From positions 128,138-192,137 of the forward strand of contig JAZRRN010000049.1 of the NCBI GenBank assembly GCA_045650745.1: a stretch of 64,000 nucleotides of DNA, given 5' to 3'. The position numbers were made by a program, and so were the translations under genes. Below are positions 55,601-62,828 of this stretch, piece by piece. Numbering within the stretch: position 1 is the stretch's first letter; every line of letters starts with the position of its first letter. Below the pieces are notes generated by a model. It was given only the letters and a program-made list of their open reading frames with translations, did no database searches and was not told where the DNA came from. The stretch comes from Candidatus Caccovivens sp. Lineage in GTDB: Bacteria > Bacillota > Clostridia > Christensenellales > UBA1242.

Positions 55601-58046
55601 TTTGAGATATTCAACATACGACGGAGAGTATTATATTTACAGCAAATCTCCAATTGTGACTGAAGAAAAATTTGTCATCAGTGCCACCTCAAACACTTAT
55701 GGAAAGATTTCACCTTCGGGAGACAATTATTTCACAAAAAACAGTTCGGCAACATTTATGTTTGAAGCAAATACAGGTTGTTATGTTGCAAGCATAAAGG
55801 TTGATGGTGTGGCATTGTCTGTTGAAGAAGTTGAAATAGCAAGCACAAATGGTTACACATTTGAAAATATTGAAAGTGACCACACAATTGAAGTTGTGTT
55901 TGCGAGAAGAATTTACAGAATTTCAGTCGTTCAGTCGCCAAACGGACTTATAAGTGGTGCGGCAGATGGATATTATTATGGCGAAGTAGCAACCTTTACG
56001 ATCACGCCAAGTGTAGGCTATTATGTCGAATGTTTGATTGTAGATGGCGAAGAAGTTTATGAGCATCCAACCTGGCACAAATTTTTGTATATCACAGAAA
56101 ACCATACAATAAGTGCAAAGTTTTCTCCAAAACCAAACACTGGATACACTGCCAAACATTGGGTTGAAAGTTTGACCGAAGAAGGGGCAACTCGTTTTGG
56201 TCAAAAGTATTACAACTTGATCACAACAGATTCGTCATACGCCGGCACGACTGCAGAAATGACAGCTGTTGTGGCAGGAAGTTATGAAGGTTTCACTGTT
56301 CAACAATTTGAGCAAAAAGTTATTTTGGGAGATGGAAGCACGGTTGTTGATGTGCTTTACAACAGAAATGCATATACTGTAAACCTTGCAAAAGGCGAAG
56401 GCGTGACAGCTGTTTCTGGAGATGGAACTTATTTGTTTGGACAAACAGTGACACTGACTGCAATTCTTGCAGAAGGATATGATTTTTCAGTTTGGACAAG
56501 TTCAAACCATTCGGTTGTTGCAAACGGAAATGTTGCACAATATTCGTTTGCAATGCCTGCAAGTTCGGTTGGATTTACTGCAAATGCGGCAATAAGACAG
56601 CTTGCTGTGTCAATAAGCGCAACAACAAATGGCAGCATTAGTCCTGCAACAACTCAAACTGTGAGTTACGGTGATGATTTGTTGCTGACTGTTGAGGCAG
56701 ATTATGGTTACGAATTGAAAGAACTTTTAGTTAATGGGGTTGATGTTTCGAATTTGGTTGAAGATGGAAAATATACCATTGAAAATATCAAACAAACCTA
56801 TATTGTTGTGGCAAACTTTGGTTTGGTAAAACACACAATCACAGCAACTTCAAACTTTGGTGGAGAAGTTGGTCCAGAAGGGACAATATTTGTGATTCAT
56901 GGAGAAATGCAAAACTATACCTTCTCGCCAAGCGAAGGTTACAGGGTTAAAGATGTCAAGGTTAACGGAGTGTCTGTTGGCAGTGTTGAAAATTATTTGT
57001 TTGAAAGAGTGTTGACAGATCAAACTGTTGAAGTCGAATTTGAAAAACTTGTTTTCACAATCGAAGTTGTTTGTGGTGACAACGGAAGTGTGGGACCAAA
57101 CGGTCTTGTAAGTGTTGAATATGGAAACAGCAAAACTTTTGCGATCACACCAGATGAAGGTTATGGAATTTTGACAGTTGAGTTGAATGGTGAAAGTTTG
57201 GCTATTACAACACAAATCATTGTAGAAAATGTTACAGAAAACAAAACTTTGAGAGTTGTGTTTGCTCAAATGTTTTTGCTTTCTGCCGAAAGTGATGAAA
57301 ACGGATCGATCACACCATCTGAAATTGTTATTTGGGGTGGACAAAAGAGATTTGATTTTCAACCAAACAAGGGATATCAAGTCAAAGATGTCAAAGTTGA
57401 TGGCGTAAGCATCGGGGCAGTTGATTTTTACACATTTGTCAATGTTGATAGAACGCACAGAATTTCAGTAGAATACGAAATCAAAAAACTCAACATTGTT
57501 TTGTATGTTGACGGATGCGGCATTGTTGAATGCGAAAACTTGTTGGAAGATGTGCTTTACGGAGATTCGAGATCTTTTGCTGTCACAGCTGACAAAGGTT
57601 GGAAACTGAGAAGCGTTTTTGTCAACGGAGAAACATTTGAAGTTTTAAATGGAAACCTAGAAATAGACCATGTGACAGAAAATTTGACAATCCAAGTGAT
57701 TTTTGAAAAGAGTTACACAAAAACTGCAGTGTTGATTGTAGTGATTGTTGGATCTGTTATGGTTTTAGGTCTTGTGGCATTTGTGACAATCAATGTCAAC
57801 AAGAGATTAAAGAAAAAGAAAATGGACAGCATGCTAAACGACTCAATGGGTCAAGGTGGTGTTCAACAAGCGCAAGCGACTGCATATATGACGCCACACC
57901 CAATGGTTAATCATGCATTGAATTTGGCTTCACAAAATCAACAAGACTTTGTTAAGTATTGTGAAGCAAACAAACTTGACCACAAGCAAAACTATGTCAA
58001 TGCGGCATTGAGTTATTATCAATCTCGCATAAAAACTAAAAAATAA
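52632..58046 (+). CDS. Secreted, TM-anchored multidomain surface protein: subtilisin-like S8 protease + BspA-type leucine-rich repeats + MucBP-like/Ig-like modules
   Basis: The start is set at MRKKHF behind AGAGGAAAG. Signal peptide ...AFLSMPTQMTLA|QE. S8 triad motifs are VVMDTGIN, HGHGTHVAG and HSGTSMASPQVAG. The LRR run is of the type ...VKTVGNSLFLWNNLQSITLPETVTSISGYAFQNCKDLVYV.... Repeated ~85-aa Ig-like units are of the type GS[IV][GS]P.G...V..G....F.F.P..GY.V.DV.V[ND]G. The TM helix is TAVLIVVIVGSVMVLGLVAFVTINV, followed by an ~85-aa tail. Confidence 0.88.
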   Translation: MRKKHFIFVLCCMMFCWAVTAFLSMPTQMTLAQENVHSQEVSDFLRFEQAIIDLNNSKDQQVISQQVALAEVEIEEDIVCEDVQSVDFSLKRLIVQGNVTNTYGATDKLSFSNLNVLCYKTEKETKDAFEKLAQNSNLDVVVDKIEKVDGYAQQDYTYTNKNWGAEAIDVGGYKQFLVDSDVQDEVVVVVMDTGINTSHSMFANRLLKDRVGKIRGFSYYDSKYKYSYRNLGFDVDDLTTQDIDESDLNKYSFEDDHGHGTHVAGIVCDLTPKNVKILPIKVGNDEGFSSTSIFLAAYLRVINIYSKQYKIACTNLSFSGAGKSSEADKNQFNEQCYQPMKELGILAITAAGNESEEINIEGLEAIVVSALKQSEGEYKFENEYSNYGKMIDISAPGTDIESAWIAGNAANSTYETHSGTSMASPQVAGVVALLALHPDYQGFTAEEMEQKLYDLAVDLGDWGRDDYYGYGMANIKYFEAEEFDETLSFYRDNVLIEVHPNWENFETDFTLKIECSDASYQIIYTTNQALPTLTNATVYSNPMTVSDTIYLNVMGVKIDNGIVVAKTDVYNVAFFDSRNPLEQYFEISNGTLRKYTGHFDNLVIPTVMKGQTVKTVGNSLFLWNNLQSITLPETVTSISGYAFQNCKDLVYVDAPSVAEIYLAGFSGCDSLTMICDRNPVQGETEGVFLPNLTTTKGFVFNICKNLQSVNLSKLTTAGEYDFQACYQLTSVYLPAVKVFEEGMFAFCENLTGTFFFGKDVETIETRAFSHTKIKRFEIAKGNTNIYTDGLGVYTKDTLVCFAAGNTNINYEILGSVSIGGEICTITKLGEVALGLVELNKLTIPETINIIGAWVGSESKIHHLYFDAKNCSEDGYYKTISGVTGRCPPWDTFSIIEIGPNATRVPLRIFQDVYFDELIINSRATYFETASLYRFRDQGVLNKLVFNFADKIDSSYLNMVVGTSALCTYNDINYIYSKAEVPVSSSSYLSSLRYSTYDGEYYIYSKSPIVTEEKFVISATSNTYGKISPSGDNYFTKNSSATFMFEANTGCYVASIKVDGVALSVEEVEIASTNGYTFENIESDHTIEVVFARRIYRISVVQSPNGLISGAADGYYYGEVATFTITPSVGYYVECLIVDGEEVYEHPTWHKFLYITENHTISAKFSPKPNTGYTAKHWVESLTEEGATRFGQKYYNLITTDSSYAGTTAEMTAVVAGSYEGFTVQQFEQKVILGDGSTVVDVLYNRNAYTVNLAKGEGVTAVSGDGTYLFGQTVTLTAILAEGYDFSVWTSSNHSVVANGNVAQYSFAMPASSVGFTANAAIRQLAVSISATTNGSISPATTQTVSYGDDLLLTVEADYGYELKELLVNGVDVSNLVEDGKYTIENIKQTYIVVANFGLVKHTITATSNFGGEVGPEGTIFVIHGEMQNYTFSPSEGYRVKDVKVNGVSVGSVENYLFERVLTDQTVEVEFEKLVFTIEVVCGDNGSVGPNGLVSVEYGNSKTFAITPDEGYGILTVELNGESLAITTQIIVENVTENKTLRVVFAQMFLLSAESDENGSITPSEIVIWGGQKRFDFQPNKGYQVKDVKVDGVSIGAVDFYTFVNVDRTHRISVEYEIKKLNIVLYVDGCGIVECENLLEDVLYGDSRSFAVTADKGWKLRSVFVNGETFEVLNGNLEIDHVTENLTIQVIFEKSYTKTAVLIVVIVGSVMVLGLVAFVTINVNKRLKKKKMDSMLNDSMGQGGVQQAQATAYMTPHPMVNHALNLASQNQQDFVKYCEANKLDHKQNYVNAALSYYQSRIKTKK

Positions 58047-58052
58047 AAAAAA

Positions 58053-58078
58053 GAGTGAGAATTTTCTCACCTTTTTTT
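58053..58078. terminator. Bidirectional terminator between convergent genes
   Basis: GTGAG.AATTTT.CTCAC hairpin with an A-run upstream and T7 downstream. Confidence 0.7.
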
Positions 58079-58083
58079 ATTAG

Positions 58084-58527
58084 TTAAATTGTTTCGATGT
58101 CAAAGTTTAAGGCTTGTGCTCTTTTTACAAACTTGACAATGTTGAAGATGCCCCATTGTGTGCAAACCACAACCTTTTGATTTTGCAAGGTCAAAACATC
58201 TTCGTCTTTCATAAAATATCTTTTTGGTCCATCGCTGATTTTGCTGGCATTGTCGAAAAGCTCCACCACGCCCAATGATCCTTGCAACGACTTGTCAAAA
58301 ACTTTGCACAACTCTTCATAAGTTGGGTTGTTTTGTGCGACATATTTTTTGATTATCGCCAAAACAAGACGGTTTTTAGGAAAAACCTTTCCTTCAAACA
58401 TATATTTCGTTTTGTCTCTGTTGACAGATTCTTGTTTTGCGACAAAATCTTCTTGCTTTTGGAAAACAATGCGTTCCAACTCTTCAATTCTTTTCTTTAA
58501 ATTTGCTATTTCCAATTCGTAATTCAT
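58084..58527 (-). CDS. Hypothetical protein (N-terminal coiled coil; conserved-looking C-terminal domain)
   Basis: The start is set at MNYELEIANLKKRIEELE (58527). There is no SD, and a -10 box sits 6 nt upstream. I recognise no family. Confidence 0.55.
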   Translation of the reverse strand: MNYELEIANLKKRIEELERIVFQKQEDFVAKQESVNRDKTKYMFEGKVFPKNRLVLAIIKKYVAQNNPTYEELCKVFDKSLQGSLGVVELFDNASKISDGPKRYFMKDEDVLTLQNQKVVVCTQWGIFNIVKFVKRAQALNFDIETI

Positions 58528-58533
58528 ACCAAT

Positions 58534-58562
58534 ATTATAGCAAATGTGGCGCAAAAAGTAAA
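58534..58562 (-). promoter_or_regulatory. Promoter TTTACT-17-(TGc)TATAAT, 6 nt from the ATG at 58527 (apparent leaderless mRNA)
   Basis: -35 at 58562-58557 and -10 at 58539-58534. Confidence 0.45.
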
Positions 58563-58570
58563 TAAAAACC

Positions 58571-58620
58571 ACAAAAAACTAAAAATATTTTAGAAAAACT
58601 AGAAAAAACTAGAAAAAACT
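58571..58620. repeat. Helically phased A-tracts / 10-nt tandem repeat (agaaaaaact)
   Basis: The sequence reads acaaaaaact aaaaatattt tagaaaaact agaaaaaact agaaaaaact. A5-6 tracts recur every ~10 nt and end immediately upstream of the -35 of the 58683 gene. Confidence 0.8.
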
Positions 58621-58621
58621 A

Positions 58622-58650
58622 TTTACAAACCAAAAAACTTGTGTTATAAT
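58622..58650 (+). promoter_or_regulatory. Promoter TTTACA-17-(TGt)TATAAT for the NUDIX gene
   Basis: -35 at 58622-27 and -10 at 58645-50. Confidence 0.65.
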
Positions 58651-58682
58651 GTGGTCATCAAAACAATAAAGGAGAAAAACAA

Positions 58683-59087
58683 ATGAAACAAATCAAAACA
58701 GTTGCTGGAGTTATCAAAAACGAAAAAGGGGAAATCTTGTGCACATTGAGAGATCAAGGAAAATACGAATATGTTTCTTTCAAATGGGAGTTTCCGGGTG
58801 GAAAGATTGAAGAAGGCGAAACAAACCAACAAACACTTGCAAGAGAATTGAGAGAAGAGTTGGAAATTGAAGTTGAAATCGGAGATTTCTTCTATCAAGT
58901 CGAACATGACTATCCAGATTTTCACTTGTCTATGGCCGTTTACGAATGCGAATTGATTTCAAAAGAAATGAAGATGAATGTTCACAAAGGTCTCAAATGG
59001 CTTGCACCAAAAGACATTATGTCTTTGGAATGGGCAGCAGCAGATATCCCTGTTGCAGAATTGATCTACAAAAACCACCAAAACTAA
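58683..59087 (+). CDS. mutT: NUDIX hydrolase, MutT-like (8-oxo-dGTP/(d)NTP pyrophosphohydrolase)
   Basis: Nudix box GGKIEEGETNQQTLARELREELEIEV preceded by WEFPGG; 134 aa; SD AAGGAG. Confidence 0.85.
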   Translation: MKQIKTVAGVIKNEKGEILCTLRDQGKYEYVSFKWEFPGGKIEEGETNQQTLARELREELEIEVEIGDFFYQVEHDYPDFHLSMAVYECELISKEMKMNVHKGLKWLAPKDIMSLEWAAADIPVAELIYKNHQN

Positions 59088-59093
59088 CAAAAA

Positions 59094-59127
59094 AGAGAGG
59101 CACCTTACCCACCTCTCTTTTTCTTTC
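59094..59127 (+). terminator. Rho-independent terminator
   Basis: AGAGAGG (59094-59100) pairs with CCTCTCT (59112-59118), followed by a T-rich run. Confidence 0.7.
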
Positions 59128-59249
59128 ATCATGCACCAATCCTCTCGCCGGAGCGAACAAATTTCAGGTTGAACTAAAAGTTGACAACAACAAAATTATA
59201 GTAAACATACTCCAAATGAGAAAAAATCTCACAAAAGTGTCATAAAGTA

Positions 59250-59277
59250 TTGATTTTTTACAAATTTATGGTATACT
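59250..59277 (+). promoter_or_regulatory. Promoter TTGATT-16-(TGg)TATACT for the AAA-ATPase/RloB pair
   Basis: -35 at 59250-55 and -10 at 59272-77. Confidence 0.5.
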
Positions 59278-59317
59278 AAGTGTGAGAACTTATCATAATA
59301 TATAAAGGAGGTGTACT

Positions 59318-60565
59318 ATGATAATACAATTTAACTTCAAAAATTTTAGATCTTTTAAGGATAAAAATACAATAGATATGCGAGCTACAAAAATTACAGA
59401 ATATAAAGACCAGATTGTAGAGGTTAATGATTTAAAGTTATTGCCAATTGCTACATTTTATGGTGCAAATGCTAGTGGTAAATCAAATGTTTATTATGCT
59501 CTTGAATTTATGAGGACGATGGTATTGAGGTCTTTTTCTTTTGGGGGTACTTCTAAAGAAACAAGTGAAATTTTTTATGATTTTAACAATAATGTGCAAT
59601 TTGCTTTTGATGACGAAGCAAATAAGGCAGATACTGAATTTGAAATTATTTTTACAACTAAGTATAACGAAAAGAGTTATGTCTTTGATTATGGTTTTTC
59701 TCTCAATCCAGATAACATAATAAAAAGTGAATGGTTGAAAACGAAAGCACCATCATCAAAATCATTTAAAGATATATTTGCTAGAAATGAACAAGAAATA
59801 AATTTATGTGGGCTGACAAAAGAATATGCCAACATGATTAGATTAACATTAGAGAAAGAAGTTTTAATATTATCATTAGGTTCAAAACTTAAAATCGAGA
59901 TTTGCAAAATTGTTAGAGAGTGGTTTGAAAAAATAGAATGTTTGAATTTTTCAGGCGGTTTAAATGCTTTATTTGCTAGTGAAAGGTCTCCTAAGCAGTT
60001 TGAAAAAGAAGAAATTCAAAAAAATATTTTAGATTTTATTTCTAGTTTTGATGATTCAATCAAAGGTTTTAGAAAAATTGATGACGAAAAGAAAAAGTTT
60101 TCTAATTATCCTGTTAATGCACTGCATGATACGATTGATAATTCAGGGCAAAAAGAGTTGTCATTAGATAATGAATCTGCAGGAACTAGAAAGATGATTA
60201 GTTTATATTCGCCAATTAAAGACGTTTTGGGCAATGGCGGAGTGTTGCTTGTTGATGAATTAAATGCAAGATTGCACCCACTTTTAGTTCGAAATATTAT
60301 AAGAGAATTTGCAAATAAAGGAACAAACCCACTTGGTGCACAATTACTATTTACAACACATGATACATTTCATTTAGGAGATAATTTATTAAGAAGAGAT
60401 GAAATATGGTTTGTAGAAAAAAATAAAGGAATTTCTAATCTTTATTCTCTTGCTGATTTTGAATATAACGGGACAAAGATAAGAAAAGATGCTGATTTAG
60501 AAAAAAATTATTTGCTAGGAAAATATGGTGCGATTCCTGACTTGAAGCCATTTAATTTGAAATAG
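59318..60565 (+). CDS. AAA_21/AAA_15-type (ABC/SMC-like) ATPase, AbiLi-like
   Basis: The N-terminus MIIQFNFKNFRSFKD is typical. Walker A is GANASGKSN and Walker B is LLVDELNARLHP. A late H-loop-like THD is present. SD AAGGAGG. Confidence 0.8.
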   Translation: MIIQFNFKNFRSFKDKNTIDMRATKITEYKDQIVEVNDLKLLPIATFYGANASGKSNVYYALEFMRTMVLRSFSFGGTSKETSEIFYDFNNNVQFAFDDEANKADTEFEIIFTTKYNEKSYVFDYGFSLNPDNIIKSEWLKTKAPSSKSFKDIFARNEQEINLCGLTKEYANMIRLTLEKEVLILSLGSKLKIEICKIVREWFEKIECLNFSGGLNALFASERSPKQFEKEEIQKNILDFISSFDDSIKGFRKIDDEKKKFSNYPVNALHDTIDNSGQKELSLDNESAGTRKMISLYSPIKDVLGNGGVLLVDELNARLHPLLVRNIIREFANKGTNPLGAQLLFTTHDTFHLGDNLLRRDEIWFVEKNKGISNLYSLADFEYNGTKIRKDADLEKNYLLGKYGAIPDLKPFNLK

Positions 60566-60576
60566 TGAGGTAAAAA

Positions 60577-61215
60577 ATGGCAAACAAAAGAGAAATCTTA
60601 GCACCTAGAAGGTCCGGATTCAAGAGTCAAAATTTACCCAGATACTTAATTGTCGTTGATACAGAGCAAACGGAATTTAATTACTTAAACGGATTAAAAA
60701 ACACAATCCCACGACATCTTGTTGATAGAGTTGATATCCAAATAAAAAATACTAGTACTGATAATTTAGTGGACTATTGCTTAAATATGTGTAGAAAAAA
60801 TCCGAATTATGTAACTCCTTGGATTGTTTTCGATAGAGATAGAGTGGTAAATTTTGATGAAATAATCCGTGATGCATATAGTCATAAAATTAATGTTGCA
60901 TGGTCTAATCCTTGTATTGAAACTTGGTTTTTTAGTTATTATGATAAACCACAAAATATTTCTGAGTCTACTATTTGTGTGTCAAAGTTTAAAGAAAAAT
61001 TTAAACAGGAGACCGGACAAGAATATAAAAAGAATGACAAAAACATATATAGAAAGTTAAATCGAACAGGGTCTCAAGATAAGGCAATAAAATATCATGA
61101 TGTTAAATTTAGAAATTATAGACAAGATGCGACTCCTCCATCGGAGATGTTTTCTTGTTCCACAATGTATATGTTAATTTCTGAACTACTTGAAATTATT
61201 AGTAAATTGAAATAA
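60577..61215 (+). CDS. RloB-family (Toprim-like) protein, AbiLii-like
   Basis: The N-terminus ...PRYLIVVDTEQTEFNYLNGL resembles the RloB signature (ilIvcEGekTEpnYf). It is 212 aa and lies 11 nt after the ATPase gene. Confidence 0.6.
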   Translation: MANKREILAPRRSGFKSQNLPRYLIVVDTEQTEFNYLNGLKNTIPRHLVDRVDIQIKNTSTDNLVDYCLNMCRKNPNYVTPWIVFDRDRVVNFDEIIRDAYSHKINVAWSNPCIETWFFSYYDKPQNISESTICVSKFKEKFKQETGQEYKKNDKNIYRKLNRTGSQDKAIKYHDVKFRNYRQDATPPSEMFSCSTMYMLISELLEIISKLK

Positions 61216-61395
61216 ATACATGGCAATACTTACCATTTTACAGATGGCAATTCGCATTAAAAAGTTAACTGATTTAATTCAAAATATTTTTCTTCTAATT
61301 AAAAAGGAGGTAACTATTATGGCTTATGAAGTTAATAAACTTCTTGTTGTTTGCGTGTGAATTGGGTATTGCCGGACGCGAGTCACAAGAAGTTT

Positions 61396-61423
61396 ACCAG
61401 AGTTTTTCTCTGGTTTTTATTTT
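61396..61423 (+). terminator. Rho-independent terminator downstream of the ATPase/RloB pair and the micro-ORF
   Basis: ACCAGAG (61396-61402) pairs with CTCTGGT (61408-61414), followed by TTTTATTTT. Confidence 0.7.
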
Positions 61424-61624
61424 GAAAAATTTCTAAAAACAAATAAATTTAATTTTGTTTGTTTTTTATTTTGAAAATTCAATACTTGATTAATATGTCG
61501 TGTAAAAAAATATTTTTCATAGTTTCAAAAAATCTAGTAAAATATAAAAAATTTATAAAAAACAAAACAAATATAAAAAATATGTGTTATAATATATCTT
61601 ATATTGGAGAATTAAAGGAATTTT

Positions 61625-62827
61625 ATGAAAAAGACGATTTGTGAATTATTCGCTGGTGTTGGCGGGTTTAGATTAGGATTTGAAAGACAATCACAAGATT
61701 GGGAAACTGTTTGGTTTTCTCAATGGGAACCAGGTGCTAAAAATCAATGGGCTCATCAATGTTATGTAAGTCATTGGGGCGATATTGATAATAACACAGG
61801 CATTGATATAGCAGAAGTAAATAAAAGCGAAATACCAAACCATAACTTATTGGTTGGTGGTTTTCCATGCCAAGATTATTCTGTTGCTCATAGTTTAAGT
61901 AGTAGTCATGGTATTGAAGGAAAGAAAGGTGTTTTATGGTGGCAAATAAGGGATATTTTAGAAGAGAAACAACCACCTTTTGTTTTGCTTGAAAATGTAG
62001 ATAGATTATTGAAATCTCCAGCAAAACAAAGAGGTAGAGATTTTGGTATTATTTTATCTTGTTTTGCTCAACTAAATTATTCTGTAGAATGGAGAGTTGT
62101 TAATGCTGCAGAATTTGGTGCTGCGCAAAGAAGACGAAGAATTTTCATTTTTGCTTACAAGAATACTACAAATTGGGCTAATAATAAAACAAATGAAACT
62201 TATAAAGATATTATTCTAAATACAGGACTTTTTGCAAGAGCATTTCCTATTGCAGAAAATGGTGCTATTAAAAATGAAGAGTTTAGATTTGATGACTTGT
62301 TGAAAGTATCAAACGAATTCAAATATGATTTTAAAAATGCTGGAGTTATGTCAAATGGAAATATTTATTCTTGTGATGTTAAAGCTCAAACAGAAGAAAG
62401 CACCCCATTAATTAATATTATAGAGCATAATGTTGATGAAGAATTTTATATAACCAATAATCTTGAGAAGTGGCAATATTTAAAAGGATCCAAAAAAATA
62501 AATAGAACCAGCAAAGATGGACATTCTTATGTGTTTAGCGAAGGATCTATCGCTTTCCCTGATTCATTGGATATGCCAGCTAGAACAATGCTAACATCAG
62601 AGTCTACACTAAATCGTAGCACTCATGTTATTAGAGATGTTGAGACAAATAATTTGAGACTAATTACACCTGTTGAAGCTGAAAGAATACAGGGATTTGA
62701 TGATAACTGGACAAATACAGGCATGCCAAAGAAAATGAGATATTTTTGCATGGGAAATGCCTTGGTTGTTCCAATGATAACAAGAATGGCAAATATACTT
62801 GAAGATATTTTTAATGAGGAGGATTAA
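61625..62827 (+). CDS. DNA (cytosine-5)-methyltransferase, M.Sau3AI-like
   Basis: Motif I ELFAGVGGFRLGFE, IV GGFPCQDYS, VI ENVDRLL, VIII QRRRRIFIF, IX TPVEAERIQGF, X GNALVVP. The QWEP...GKKGVLWWQI...SPAKQRGRDF runs match my recollection of M.Sau3AI. Confidence 0.9.
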   Translation: MKKTICELFAGVGGFRLGFERQSQDWETVWFSQWEPGAKNQWAHQCYVSHWGDIDNNTGIDIAEVNKSEIPNHNLLVGGFPCQDYSVAHSLSSSHGIEGKKGVLWWQIRDILEEKQPPFVLLENVDRLLKSPAKQRGRDFGIILSCFAQLNYSVEWRVVNAAEFGAAQRRRRIFIFAYKNTTNWANNKTNETYKDIILNTGLFARAFPIAENGAIKNEEFRFDDLLKVSNEFKYDFKNAGVMSNGNIYSCDVKAQTEESTPLINIIEHNVDEEFYITNNLEKWQYLKGSKKINRTSKDGHSYVFSEGSIAFPDSLDMPARTMLTSESTLNRSTHVIRDVETNNLRLITPVEAERIQGFDDNWTNTGMPKKMRYFCMGNALVVPMITRMANILEDIFNEED

Positions 62828-62828
62828 A

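Noticed and set aside
56850-57458. 202-aa minus-strand ORF
   Set aside because: It is antisense to the Ig-like repeat region of the S8-LRR gene, and its product is low-complexity.
61459-61644. 61-aa ORF in the AT-rich spacer upstream of the methyltransferase
   Set aside because: The product is K/I/N/F low complexity generated by an AT-rich promoter region. It overlaps the -10 box, the SD and the start of the MTase gene.
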